Of a stretch of 64,000 nucleotides of DNA, positions 1 through 10,816 are shown piece after piece. The position numbers and the translations under genes are program-made. Position 1 is the stretch's first letter. The number at the start of each line of letters is the position of its first letter. The stretch comes from an uncultured Coriobacteriia bacterium (GTDB lineage: Bacteria; Actinomycetota; Coriobacteriia; Anaerosomatales; PALSA-660): assembly GCA_963701985.1 (NCBI GenBank), contig OY969691.1, positions 888,135-952,134 on the forward strand, given 5' to 3'. A model generated the notes under the pieces. That model saw only the letters and a list, made by a program, of their open reading frames with translations, had not been told where the DNA came from and did not search any database.

Positions 1-1068
1 CAAGGCGACCAGGTACACGATAGCGAATCTCGTGACCGCGTCCCCGGGCCGGGCCGCGGCGCGGAGCACGACGAGCCGGTAGCCCCCGTACGCGCTCAGC
101 AGCGCGAGCGCGTAGGAGCCGACGAGGACCGGCACGTAGCCGATGGCCGTGCCGACCAGGACGTAGAGCACCGCGAACGCCAGGTACCCGACGAGCGCGA
201 TCCAACCGCCGACCGCAAGGAGCAGGAGTCTGCGCCGCGGCCCGATGTCGAACAGCGCACCGTAGAGCACCCGGCGTCCGATCGCGAGCCGTCGCGCACG
301 GCGAGCGCCGGCCTCGGCGTCCGCGGGCCGCGTGCCGAACCATCCGTTCGCGGCGGCGCGGCGGATGAGGTCGAGCACGTCGGCGTCCTGGGAGGCCGCG
401 ACCCTCGCGCTCCACGAGGTCGGCAGGATCCGGTAGCCGCACGTGGGCCGGTCGAGAACGAAGAGATCGCCCACCTGGAGCAGGCGCAGCCACAGGTCCA
501 TGTCGATGGTGTAAGGGGCGCCCTCGTCGAAGCCGCCGACCGCGCGGACGGCGGACACCCGCACGAGCGCCGCGCACGGCTCCCCCACGACGTTCTCGCC
601 GCGCCGCACCATCAGGGCGCCGGCGGCGGCTCCCGTCACCTTGCCGGACAGGCCGCCGTTCCCGCGGCGCATCAGCACGCTGCCGTTCGCCGTGATGATC
701 TCCCGAGGACCGGTCGCGATGACGACGCGCGGGTCCCGTTCCATGACCGCGACCTGCGCGGAGACCGACCCGGGACGCAGCACGTCGTCGGAGCCCATCA
801 CGCGCACGTACCGGCCTCTGGCCTCCTCGAGAAGCCGGTTCCACGTCCGTCCCGGCCCGAGGTTGACCTCGTTGTGCATCACGCGGAGCCTCGGGTCCGA
901 GAAGCGTGCGAGCACCGAGTCCGTGCCGTCGGTCGAGGCGTCGTCGATGACGAGGACCTCGAGGTCCTGGAAGTCCTGGGAAAGCGCCGAATCGATGGCC
1001 TCGCCGATGTAGCCGGCGCACTGGTACGACGGGATCGCGATGGTGACCAGCGGTTCTCCCACGCTCAC
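1..1068 (-). CDS. Glycosyltransferase family 2 with hydrophobic C-terminal region (3' end runs off the window)
   Basis: Absent from the ORF track because it is open at the window edge. My minus-strand translation from GTG 1068 gives VSVGEPLVTIAIPSYQCAGYIGEAIDSALSQDFQDLEVLVIDDASTDGT...VMGSDD, a GT-A/GT2 N-terminal pattern. Hydrophobic stretches follow near position 1. There is a GTGA start/stop overlap with the upstream gene. Confidence 0.8.
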   Translation of the reverse strand, partial: MSVGEPLVTIAIPSYQCAGYIGEAIDSALSQDFQDLEVLVIDDASTDGTDSVLARFSDPRLRVMHNEVNLGPGRTWNRLLEEARGRYVRVMGSDDVLRPGSVSAQVAVMERDPRVVIATGPREIITANGSVLMRRGNGGLSGKVTGAAAGALMVRRGENVVGEPCAALVRVSAVRAVGGFDEGAPYTIDMDLWLRLLQVGDLFVLDRPTCGYRILPTSWSARVAASQDADVLDLIRRAAANGWFGTRPADAEAGARRARRLAIGRRVLYGALFDIGPRRRLLLLAVGGWIALVGYLAFAVLYVLVGTAIGYVPVLVGSYALALLSAYGGYRLVVLRAAARPGDAVTRFAIVYLVAL

Positions 1069-2030
1069 GCGACCTCGTCGTCCTCCGCGGCGCCGATGCG
1101 CTCGGACACGAAGTAGAGGGGGCGTCGCTTCGTCTCGTAGAAGATACGGCCGATGTAGGCTCCGAGGACTCCGACGGAGACGAGCTGCACGCCTCCCATG
1201 AACAGGACGGCCACGATCGTCGACGTCCACCCCGGGACTGAGGGGCCACCGCCCGCGAGCTTGCCGACGATCAACCAGATCCCCCACAGGAGCGCGAAGA
1301 GCGTCACCAGCATGCCGAACTGCATCGTCACCTGCAGCGGCCGGACGGAGAAGCTCAGCGCGCCGTCGACGGCCAGCTTCAGCATCTTGCGCAGGGTGTA
1401 GTTGCCTCGGCCGGCGAAGCGCGGCTCCCGCACGTAGGAGACCTCGCACTGGCTGAACCCGGTCCACGCGACCATCCCGCGCACGTAGCGGCTCTCCTCG
1501 CGCATGCTCGTGAGCGCGTCGACGACGACGCGGTCGATCAGGCGGAAGTCGCCCGAATCCACGGGCAGCGGGGTGTCGGACGTCCACTGCATGACGCGGT
1601 AGAAGGCGGACGCGGACCAGCGCTTGAACCACGTCTCGCCGTTGCGGCCGGACCGGACCCCGTGGACGACCTGGTACCCCTCGCGCCACTTCGCGACCAT
1701 GTCGGGCACCGCTGACGGCGGGTCCTGAAGGTCGTCGTCGATGATGACCGCGGCGTCGCCGCGAGCCGAGTCGAGCCCCGCCGTGATCGCGACCTGATGC
1801 CCGAAGTTGCGCGACAGCGAGATCACGCGAACCTTCGGATCGGCCGCCGCGATGGCGCGCAGGACATCGAGGGCGCGGTCGGGGCTGCCGTCGTTCACGA
1901 AGATGATCTCGTGGTCGAGCTCGGGTCCGAGACCGCGGAGCATCTCGGACAGACGCCGGTGCGTCTCCGGCAGGATCTCTTCGCTCCGGTACACCGGGAC
2001 GATCACGGAGAGAAGCTGGGGTCCGGTCAT
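1065..2030 (-). CDS. GT2 polyprenyl-phosphate sugar transferase (DPM1/ArnC/GtrB-like)
   Basis: ORF 1065..2717 trimmed to ATG 2030 (MTGPQLLSVIVPVYRSEE). Motifs FVNDGSPD and DDDLQDPP, plus two C-terminal TM helices (FGMLVTLFALLWGIWLIV, IVAVLFMGGVQLVSVGVLGAYI). Confidence 0.85.
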   Translation of the reverse strand: MTGPQLLSVIVPVYRSEEILPETHRRLSEMLRGLGPELDHEIIFVNDGSPDRALDVLRAIAAADPKVRVISLSRNFGHQVAITAGLDSARGDAAVIIDDDLQDPPSAVPDMVAKWREGYQVVHGVRSGRNGETWFKRWSASAFYRVMQWTSDTPLPVDSGDFRLIDRVVVDALTSMREESRYVRGMVAWTGFSQCEVSYVREPRFAGRGNYTLRKMLKLAVDGALSFSVRPLQVTMQFGMLVTLFALLWGIWLIVGKLAGGGPSVPGWTSTIVAVLFMGGVQLVSVGVLGAYIGRIFYETKRRPLYFVSERIGAAEDDEVA

Positions 2031-2364
2031 CAGGCTCACTCCGAACGGTCGGACGGTCCCGAAGCCACGATCCCCCGGATCCGGCGACCGAGGCGGATGG
2101 GGCCTGCCCCGGCGCCGGCGCGCGCGGGGAGCGGTGCGAAGCGAGGATACACCAGCCCGCAGCAGCCCGCGGTAACGGCCCGTCAACCGCCGGCGGCGGC
2201 CCGCGATGTCCGACGCGCTCGTGCGCGACCGCCTCGTCGAGCGGCCGAGCCGGAGCGATCCCGCCGGGACCGCCGTGTGGTCGGTCGGGTCGAATGTTGC
2301 TAGAGTTGCGAGCGATGCGACCAGCGGCCCCCGGGAGGGCCGTGCCGCGATCCCAGGAGCGAGC

Positions 2365-4146
2365 ATGCAGATCCGGTACCTGATATCGAGGATTTGGAAG
2401 GAACAGCCGTTGCGGTTCCTTCTGTCGGTGATCGCGTTGACGGTCGCCGGCCTGCTCGAGGGCATCGGGATCGCGGCGATCGTCCCCATGCTGACGATCC
2501 TGCAGGGAGGCGCGAACGCCGCCGCGTCGGCCGGGATCATCGGCCACCTGATCATGCTCGCGCTCTCGTTGTTCCATCTGCCGTTCGATCTCGCGACCAC
2601 GCTGGCCTTCATCCTGGTCGTCATTCTGTGCAGCGAGGCCGCCACCCTGACGCAACAGCGGCTGCTCGCGAGCTCGTCGACGTTGTTCGAGGCCACACTC
2701 CGCAAGAGGCTCTTCACCGCCGTGTTCGACGCGGACTGGCCCTATTTCGTGCGGACCAAGACGAACGACCTGATATCCGCCCTCATCAACGACACGACGC
2801 GCGCGGGGATGGCGTATGTGACCCTCGCGCAGATCCTCGGCGCGATCATCCTGGCGCTCGTCTACATGGGGCTGTCGCTCATCCTCTCGTGGCAGATGAC
2901 GATCGCGGTCGTGATCTTGGGCGTCGTCGTCGCCACGCTGCTCAGAAGCCGTGTCGGCCGAGGCACGAAGTTCGGGCAGGAGATCACGCGCGTCGACGCG
3001 GAGATCCACAAGGAGACGAGCGAGAACCTGGCCGCGGCGAAGCTCGTCAAGGCGTCGTCCACCGAGGGCGGCGTCCGGAAGCGATTCGACATCCTGACCG
3101 AGGCGCGTCAGCGCGTCCAGTACCACAACTTCATGAACCAGGCGTGGCTGCGCGCCCTGTATGAGTCGTCGGCCATGACGATCGTGTTCGTCGGCATATA
3201 CGCCGGTGTGACGTACTTCGGCATGAGCATCGCGACCCTCGCGGTGTTCCTCTTCGTCTTCTACCGTCTGACTCCGCGGATGGCCAACCTGCAGGCCGAT
3301 CAGAGCAACGTCCTCTCCTTCGTGCCGGGGCTGAAGCGAGTGGACCAGGCCACGGCGGACGCGAGCGCCGTGCCGGAGGAGTCCGGAGAGGTGCCGCTCG
3401 AGCCGTTCAGCGAGGCGATCACGCTGGCCGACGTCTCGTTCGCCTACGACCCCGGGCATCTCGTCCTTCGGCACATCAGCCTGTCCATCCCGCACGGGCA
3501 GTCGACGGCCATCGTCGGCCCGTCCGGAGCGGGCAAGACCACCGTGATGGACCTCGTCATGGGACTTCTGCGGCCGACGTCCGGAAACATCATGGTCGAC
3601 GGGACCTCGCTCGCCGACATCCGCCTGAGCGACTGGCGGCACCAGATCGGCTACGTCCCGCAGGACGCGTCGTTCTTCCATGCGACCGTCGCCGAGAACA
3701 TCGCGTTGGGGCTCACCGACATCGCCCCCGAGAAGATCGTCGAAGCCGCGAAGCTCGCCGACGCCGATGAGTTCATCCAGCTGCTGCCCGAGGGCTACGA
3801 CACGATCGTCGGCGACCGCGGTGTGAGGCTGTCCGGCGGGCAGCGCCAGCGTCTCGCGCTCGCCCGCGCGATCGTGCGCGAACCGTCGATACTCGTCCTC
3901 GACGAGGCGACGAGCGCGCTCGACGCCGAATCCGAGGAACGGGTGCAGCGTGCCGTCGACCGCCTCTCCGAATCGTTGACGGTGCTCATCGTCACCCACC
4001 GGCTCGCCACCGTCACCGGCTGCGACAAGATCTTCGTGCTGGTCGACGGGCAGCTGACGGAATCGGGGACGTGGGACGAGCTCATGGCGCGCAACGGACA
4101 GTTCGCTGAGTTGGTGGAGCTGCAGGCCCTGAGCTCGCACGCCTGA
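2365..4146 (+). CDS. ABC transporter, fused permease/ATP-binding exporter (MsbA-type)
   Basis: ORF 2206..4146, start trimmed to ATG 2365 preceded by AGGAG. N-terminal multi-TM domain, then Walker A GPSGAGKTT, signature LSGGQRQR and Walker B ILVLDEATSALD. Confidence 0.9.
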   Translation: MQIRYLISRIWKEQPLRFLLSVIALTVAGLLEGIGIAAIVPMLTILQGGANAAASAGIIGHLIMLALSLFHLPFDLATTLAFILVVILCSEAATLTQQRLLASSSTLFEATLRKRLFTAVFDADWPYFVRTKTNDLISALINDTTRAGMAYVTLAQILGAIILALVYMGLSLILSWQMTIAVVILGVVVATLLRSRVGRGTKFGQEITRVDAEIHKETSENLAAAKLVKASSTEGGVRKRFDILTEARQRVQYHNFMNQAWLRALYESSAMTIVFVGIYAGVTYFGMSIATLAVFLFVFYRLTPRMANLQADQSNVLSFVPGLKRVDQATADASAVPEESGEVPLEPFSEAITLADVSFAYDPGHLVLRHISLSIPHGQSTAIVGPSGAGKTTVMDLVMGLLRPTSGNIMVDGTSLADIRLSDWRHQIGYVPQDASFFHATVAENIALGLTDIAPEKIVEAAKLADADEFIQLLPEGYDTIVGDRGVRLSGGQRQRLALARAIVREPSILVLDEATSALDAESEERVQRAVDRLSESLTVLIVTHRLATVTGCDKIFVLVDGQLTESGTWDELMARNGQFAELVELQALSSHA

Positions 4147-4200
4147 ACGGGCCGACGACGCCGGATGCCGTGACGCGGACGCGTCCGAGAGGATCGCGCG

Positions 4201-5100
4201 ATGGGCGGGGTCACCGAGCACGATATCGCGGCGGTGGTCGTCCTCTACCGTCCTGACAGGGATGTCGTCCGCAACATCGCGACCTACGCCGACCACGTGG
4301 ACACGGTGTTCGCCGTCGACAATTCCGAGGTTCCCGCGGCGGACGTGCTCGAGGCGCTGCGCGAGCTGGAGGGCGTGCGGCTCGTGCCCATGGACGGCAA
4401 CAGAGGCGTCGCCGCCGCTCTCAACGCGGGCGCCGCGCTGGCGAGCGAGGCCGGTCACTCCTGGATCCTGACGATGGACCAGGACAGCACCGCCGACCCC
4501 GGCATGGTCCCCGCCCTGGTCGCGTGCCTGACGAGCCCGGAGACCGGCCTGCCACAGGATGACATCGCCCTCGTCGCGCCGAGCTGCCACGAGGTCGGCG
4601 GCTCGTCGACACCACCGTATTCCGGAGCCTGCCGGGACGTCACCACGGTCATGACCTCCGGCAATCTCCTCCGCCTGAGCGCATGGCGCGACGTGGGGCC
4701 GTTCATGGAGGAGTTGTTCATCGACCTGGTCGACTACGAGTACGACCTGCGCCTGGCCCGACACCACTACCGGCTGGTCCAGACCGGCGCGGCCGTGCTG
4801 CACCACCGGCTCGGCGACATGCACCGTCACCGTTTCCCGATCCCGGCCTTCACGTCCGACCACTCGCCGCTGCGACGCTACTACATCACGCGCAACCGCT
4901 TCATCGTCACCCGCGAGTACGCACACGACTTCCCCTGCTTCGCGCGCACCGAGATGTGGCGGCTGACGAGGGAGACCATCGGCATCCTGCTGTACGAGCC
5001 GTCGAAGATCGCCAAGTTGCGCATGACGTGGCGCGGCTACCGGGACTTCAGACGCGGCGTCTCGGGACCATACGGCGGACCGCGGGTCGGGAAGCGCTGA
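4201..5100 (+). CDS. Glycosyltransferase family 2, rhamnosyltransferase-like
   Basis: VVVLYRPD...AVDNSE...TMDQDS pattern typical of GT2 rhamnosyltransferase-like enzymes. ATG 4201 is preceded by GAGAGGA. Confidence 0.8.
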   Translation: MGGVTEHDIAAVVVLYRPDRDVVRNIATYADHVDTVFAVDNSEVPAADVLEALRELEGVRLVPMDGNRGVAAALNAGAALASEAGHSWILTMDQDSTADPGMVPALVACLTSPETGLPQDDIALVAPSCHEVGGSSTPPYSGACRDVTTVMTSGNLLRLSAWRDVGPFMEELFIDLVDYEYDLRLARHHYRLVQTGAAVLHHRLGDMHRHRFPIPAFTSDHSPLRRYYITRNRFIVTREYAHDFPCFARTEMWRLTRETIGILLYEPSKIAKLRMTWRGYRDFRRGVSGPYGGPRVGKR

Positions 5101-5126
5101 GACGGGTCAGGTCCCGGTGGGGGTCG

Positions 5127-6179
5127 TCAGCGCTCGACCGGGCCGACACCCCTGACCAGCCAGCGGACGATCTCCCGCGTGGGAACGGCCTGGCGCGACC
5201 AGACGCTCCGCCGCTTGCGAAGCCCCATCCGGAAGCCCTCGAACTCGGCGCCCAACAAGGCGAACGCCGTGCGGATGAGGCCCCGCGCCGACGCCGGACC
5301 CGATGCCGACGGCGGACCCGACGACGGTCGAGGAACGCTGCGTCCCAGGGCGTACCAGGGGCGCAGCACGAACGGCAGCGGCAGCAGGAACGCCGGCAGG
5401 CTCTTCGCCAGGGCGAACATCCTGTTGCGCGTCCGGTAGCGGACCATGGGCCACGCCGGTCCGGCCGCGATCGTCGCGCTGTGCTTGTGGCGGACCACTG
5501 CGGTCGGGACGTACAGGCACCGCTTCCCCGCGATCAGCGCGCGCAGATCGATGTCGACATCCTCGAAGACCAGGAAGAAGTCCTCGTCGAACAGGCCGAT
5601 GTCACGGAACATCGACGCCCGGTAGAGGGCGGCGCCGGCGCACGCTCCCAGAACACGCACGGGGTCGGGGTAGTCGCACGGCCTGCCCAGATGCCCGCGG
5701 TTGCGGCCCACCATGTTCGCGAAGTCCAGGTCGTCACCGGCGGCATCGACCACGTCCGGCCGGTCGTAGAACACCATGAGGGAGGCCGCGAAGTCGTATC
5801 CCGTTCGGTCGAGCGCGGTCACGAGCTCTTCGAGCCACCGCGGCTCGACCGCCGTGTCGTTGTTGAGCAGAGCGACGTATTCGCCTCGGGCCGCGCGGAT
5901 GCCCTCGTTGAGACCCGGCCCGACCCCTTTGTTCTCCGACTTCACGCAGACACGGACATCGGCCGCGTTGTCCCGCAGCCACTCGGCGGTGCCGTCGGTG
6001 GAGCCGTTGTCGACCACGATGATCTCGGAATCCCGGAAGGTCTGCGCCCGGAGAGCCGCGAGACACTCCGGCAGGTGCCCGATCCCGTTGTAGCTCGGAA
6101 CGACGACGCTCGCGCGTGGAACGGACGATGTCACAGGCGCTCCTCGCCGGACCGAGACCTCGGGCTCACCCACGGTCAC
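5127..6179 (-). CDS. Glycosyltransferase family 2
   Basis: Only the C-terminal ~350 codons of ORF 5127..7271 look real: SVVVPSYNG...IIVVDNGSTDGT...NKGVGPGLNEG...GEYVALLNNDT...FFLVFEDVDIDLR. GTG 6179 overlaps the upstream stop (GTGA). Alternative GTG 6134 has GGAG 5 nt upstream. Confidence 0.8.
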   Translation of the reverse strand: MTVGEPEVSVRRGAPVTSSVPRASVVVPSYNGIGHLPECLAALRAQTFRDSEIIVVDNGSTDGTAEWLRDNAADVRVCVKSENKGVGPGLNEGIRAARGEYVALLNNDTAVEPRWLEELVTALDRTGYDFAASLMVFYDRPDVVDAAGDDLDFANMVGRNRGHLGRPCDYPDPVRVLGACAGAALYRASMFRDIGLFDEDFFLVFEDVDIDLRALIAGKRCLYVPTAVVRHKHSATIAAGPAWPMVRYRTRNRMFALAKSLPAFLLPLPFVLRPWYALGRSVPRPSSGPPSASGPASARGLIRTAFALLGAEFEGFRMGLRKRRSVWSRQAVPTREIVRWLVRGVGPVER

Positions 6180-7948
6180 GGCCTGCTCCGGGCGGCGGGC
6201 CCGGACGCGAACACCGCCACGCCCGCGTTCCGCGAGCGCTGGACGAGCCGGTAGCGCTTCGCGACCTGCGACAACAGAGGATCCGCCGTGGGGAGCGTCC
6301 CCGCGCGGCCGACAAGGTTGTTCAACGGCACCAGCACGACGTCCGGCCACCGCCCCAAGCCGTCGAAATACAGCACCGTCGCCGCGTCCGACGGTCCTTC
6401 CGTGAGCCAGGTGACGTTGGTCAGCGGCACGCCGCCGACCGCCGGGTAGGCCCCAGGCAGGGCGAGCACCAACACCGTGCGGGTCGGCCCCACCCACCGG
6501 GCGCCCAGCTTGGCGAACTCGGCGACCTGAGCCGCGTGCAGCCGATCCGTCTTGATGCCCGCGTAGGCGCCCGTCGTGATCGTGTACGGCGATCGGAGCG
6601 GCGGGTCGTCCTTGAAGGACGAACCGTACAGCAGCACGACCATCGCCACCAGCAGCCCGGCGATCGCCATGCCCTCGATGAGGGGACCCGCCGCGTCGCC
6701 GATCTCGGCGCACCACCAGACGATGACCGCCACGACGAACGGGGCGAGCCCGACCACCCCGCTCGCCCGGCTGACCCCCGCCGCGCTCAGCAGGACGACC
6801 AGGAAGAACCCCGACAGCCCGGCGGGCAGGCACATCAGCGCCAGGTCGCGGACCGCCGAACCGGTCCGTCGCACGCTGAGGAACATCGGCAGAGCGGCGA
6901 ACAGGACGAAGCCGATCAGGTAGTTGCCGCCGATCGTCAGCAGTCCGCCGCGCTGGCCGTACGCCGACCATTCGGCGAAGACGGGGAGCGCGAGCGCCAC
7001 CGGCATGAGCGCGAGCACCACGCCGCGAGCCCGAGTGCGCTCGGGGGCGCGAGCGGCCAAGACGGAAGCACCCAGGGATATGGCCGTCGCGGGGGCGTAC
7101 CACGCCCACAGGGGGACGATCCAGTTCATCCGCAGAGTGCGCCACAGCTCCTGCAGGTCGCCGAATATCCGGGTGACGTGCGACTGGCCCGGTCCCGTGA
7201 CGCTGAGACGACCGGCGACCAGGTCGTACGTGAAGCGAAGCTCGGCGATGGACGTCTTGCTGAGCAGCCATACGGCGAACGCCGCGCCCACGACGACCAT
7301 GCCGGTCAGCGCGGCGACCGTCAGACGACGGTCACGCCCTCTCACGGCGAGCGTCACCAGGAGCACGACCGCGACGACCGCGAGCGGCGGATAGGACACC
7401 GAGGCGAAGGCCGCGGCGGCCCCCGCCGCCACGGCGAGCCACGGCCGGTCGTCCCGGACGGCCGCGAACGCCAAGAGGCATGCCAGGACCATCCCGAGCG
7501 CGGCCATCGTGTCGTAGCTGACCCAGAACAGGTTGTAGGCGGGAGCGAGGAACGGGACCACCGCGGCGACGAGCGAGGCCCACGGAGCGAACGAGGGCCG
7601 GAGCGTCCGGTAGACGGTCGCCGCGGCGCCGGCGGCGACGGCGACGTAGAAGAGGCGCAACGCCACGACGATCCCGGTCGTGCCGAACAGCCACAGCCAC
7701 ACCTTCGCGAACGGGACCGCCGCCAGGAATCCGAGGGACTGCACGTACATCTCGTCCACGAAGATCCGCGCGCCCTGCGCCAGCCTGAGCGTCGCGGCAG
7801 CGTAGTAGCCATCGTCGGCGAGTGACATCCCGAACGTCACCCGCCATGCCACCAAGCCGAGCACCGTCGCTCCCACGAGGGCGAGAAGCCACGGGCTGTC
7901 GAACCATCGCGACGTCTCGGGCGCGCGCGTCGGTGACGGGCGCGTCAC
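6176..7948 (-). CDS. Polytopic integral membrane protein, possible GT-C-type glycosyltransferase
   Basis: 590-aa ORF made almost entirely of hydrophobic helices, overlapping the downstream GT2 gene by 4 nt. The GT-C/ArnT-like assignment rests only on topology and gene context. Confidence 0.6.
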   Translation of the reverse strand: MTRPSPTRAPETSRWFDSPWLLALVGATVLGLVAWRVTFGMSLADDGYYAAATLRLAQGARIFVDEMYVQSLGFLAAVPFAKVWLWLFGTTGIVVALRLFYVAVAAGAAATVYRTLRPSFAPWASLVAAVVPFLAPAYNLFWVSYDTMAALGMVLACLLAFAAVRDDRPWLAVAAGAAAAFASVSYPPLAVVAVVLLVTLAVRGRDRRLTVAALTGMVVVGAAFAVWLLSKTSIAELRFTYDLVAGRLSVTGPGQSHVTRIFGDLQELWRTLRMNWIVPLWAWYAPATAISLGASVLAARAPERTRARGVVLALMPVALALPVFAEWSAYGQRGGLLTIGGNYLIGFVLFAALPMFLSVRRTGSAVRDLALMCLPAGLSGFFLVVLLSAAGVSRASGVVGLAPFVVAVIVWWCAEIGDAAGPLIEGMAIAGLLVAMVVLLYGSSFKDDPPLRSPYTITTGAYAGIKTDRLHAAQVAEFAKLGARWVGPTRTVLVLALPGAYPAVGGVPLTNVTWLTEGPSDAATVLYFDGLGRWPDVVLVPLNNLVGRAGTLPTADPLLSQVAKRYRLVQRSRNAGVAVFASGPAARSRP

Positions 7949-8031
7949 GCCCGCGTCCCCCGCGCAGCGGTGGCGTGGTTCACGTCGCGGTCTCCTCGTC
8001 GCTCAGATCGCGCGGGAGACGCTCGAGGCGG

Positions 8032-9342
8032 CTATCCACCGACCGCTCCGGCCGTCGGCTCGTAGACGCAGTACGGCTCCTCCGCGAGGTAGTCGCCGGT
8101 CACGGACAGCGCGCGGGCACGGCACCCGCCGCACACGGCCTTGTACTCGCACCGCCCGCACTTGCCCTTGAGCAGCGAGTAGTCGCGCAGCTCGTTGAAG
8201 ACCTTCGAGTCCGTCCAGATGTCGGAGAACTTCTGCGTCTTCACGTTCCCGAGCTGCATGTCGAAGTAGCCGCAGGGCTGGATGTCGCCGACGTGGCTGA
8301 TGAAGCAGAACGTGATGCCGCCGAGGCAGCCGCGCGTCATCGCGTCGAGCCCGTACTCCTCGCGCGTGACCTTCTTGCCCTCGGCCTTCGCGAGCTGGCG
8401 GATGATGCGGTAGTAGTGCGGCGCGTCGGTCGGCTTGAAGTGGAGCGGCGACGTCTTCTGGCGCTCGTACGCCCACGCGAGCACGCGCTCGTACTCCGCG
8501 GGCGGCAGCTCCTTGTCGAGCAGGTCCTCGCCGCGACCGGTGGGAACCAGCATGAAGATGTGGAAGGCGTCGACGCCGAGCCGCTCCGCCAGATCGTGGA
8601 CCGCCTCGACCTTGTCGGCGTTCATCGTGGTCACGGTCATGTTGATCTGCACGCCGATGCCATGCGCCTTGGCGATCCTGATGCCCTCGATCGTCTTGTC
8701 GAAGCAGCCGGGCTGCCCTCGGAACACGTCGTGCTCCACGGCGGTCGGGAAGTCGACCGAGACCGAGATGCGCGGGATCTTGTGATCGGCCATCTTCTGG
8801 GCGATCTCGTCGGTGATGAGCGTGGCGTTGGTGCCGATGACCGGCATCGCGCCCTTCTCCTGCGCGTAGTCGACGATCTCCCAGATGTCGGGCCGCATGA
8901 GCGGCTCGCCACCGGTCAGGATGATGATCGGGTTGCTGATCGTGACGATGTCGTCGACCGTCGCCTTGATCTGGTCGAGCGTGAGCTCGCCCGCGTAGTG
9001 GCCGAACTCGGCGGCCGCGCGGCAGTGCGCGCAGCTCAGGTTGCAGGAGCGCGTGATCTCCCACGCGATGATGCAGGGCGCTTTGATGCCGGTGCGCGCC
9101 TCGTACGCCCGCGCGGCCTCGCCGCCGCCGGGCCGGAACCCGACCGAGCGTGCTCCGCCGTGCCGCTGCCGCTCGACGCCCGCGGGGTGACCGCCCGGAT
9201 GCCCGCCGGGATGCCCGCCTCCGACCGGCACCGCCACGCCGGCCTGGCCGCACCCGGCTTCCGATGCCGCGAGCTCGTCCTCGAGCCGGGCGTCGGGACG
9301 CTCGTCGGCGTTCCCCGTGCTGCGCTGCGTGTCGTCGGACAT
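8032..9342 (-). CDS. ahbD: Radical SAM/SPASM enzyme of the AhbD/NirJ heme-modifying family
   Basis: CNLSCAHC radical SAM cluster motif, GGEPLMRPD, and C-terminal Cys-rich CGRCEYKAVCGGCRARA. Start set to ATG 9342 (GAGGAG ~9 nt upstream). Lies next to hemB. Family resemblance is from memory, not a search. Confidence 0.7.
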   Translation of the reverse strand: MSDDTQRSTGNADERPDARLEDELAASEAGCGQAGVAVPVGGGHPGGHPGGHPAGVERQRHGGARSVGFRPGGGEAARAYEARTGIKAPCIIAWEITRSCNLSCAHCRAAAEFGHYAGELTLDQIKATVDDIVTISNPIIILTGGEPLMRPDIWEIVDYAQEKGAMPVIGTNATLITDEIAQKMADHKIPRISVSVDFPTAVEHDVFRGQPGCFDKTIEGIRIAKAHGIGVQINMTVTTMNADKVEAVHDLAERLGVDAFHIFMLVPTGRGEDLLDKELPPAEYERVLAWAYERQKTSPLHFKPTDAPHYYRIIRQLAKAEGKKVTREEYGLDAMTRGCLGGITFCFISHVGDIQPCGYFDMQLGNVKTQKFSDIWTDSKVFNELRDYSLLKGKCGRCEYKAVCGGCRARALSVTGDYLAEEPYCVYEPTAGAVGG

Positions 9343-9525
9343 GGCTCGGTGCTCCTCGGCGTTGTCGATCGGATGGACGCGCCCGCTCCGGCGCGGGCCG
9401 TCCGGATGAGTGTGCAAGAAGCGCACCGGATATGCCAGCTCGGGCGGCGGGCCGCGACGGCGCTCCTGCGAGCGAGGTCTACGTGCGGGACCCGGCCCGG
9501 ACCACGACGACGACCGTCCGACCCG

Positions 9526-10513
<988 letters not shown>

Positions 10514-10525
10514 GTGGCTGACCTC

Positions 10526-10744
10526 CTAGTCGACGAACGCCTCGATGTCGATGGGCGCGGACGGTTCGGCGCCGCGGTCCACGGCGGCTCCGGCGGCGTG
10601 CCTCGTCGCGTCCGTCAGCCGATCCTGGAGCCGAAGGACCATATTCTCGAGCCGCCCGACGCGCCGGCGCACGCTCGCGAGGGCGAACGCCATCGCCACG
10701 AACACCACCGCGAGGAACAGCACCCCTGCGACCACCGCGTCCAT
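10526..10744 (-). CDS. Small single-pass membrane protein, hypothetical
   Basis: ATG 10744 preceded by GAGGGGG. MDAVVAGVLFLAVVFVAMAFALASVRRRV is followed by a coiled-coil-like tail. It sits between tRNA-Ala and hemB. No recognisable family. Confidence 0.45.
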   Translation of the reverse strand: MDAVVAGVLFLAVVFVAMAFALASVRRRVGRLENMVLRLQDRLTDATRHAAGAAVDRGAEPSAPIDIEAFVD

Positions 10745-10816
10745 CGGCACCCCCTCATGCCTCGAAGAGCAGCCGAGGCGCAACCACGGATGGCTGCGCC
10801 TCGACGTTCGATGCCA

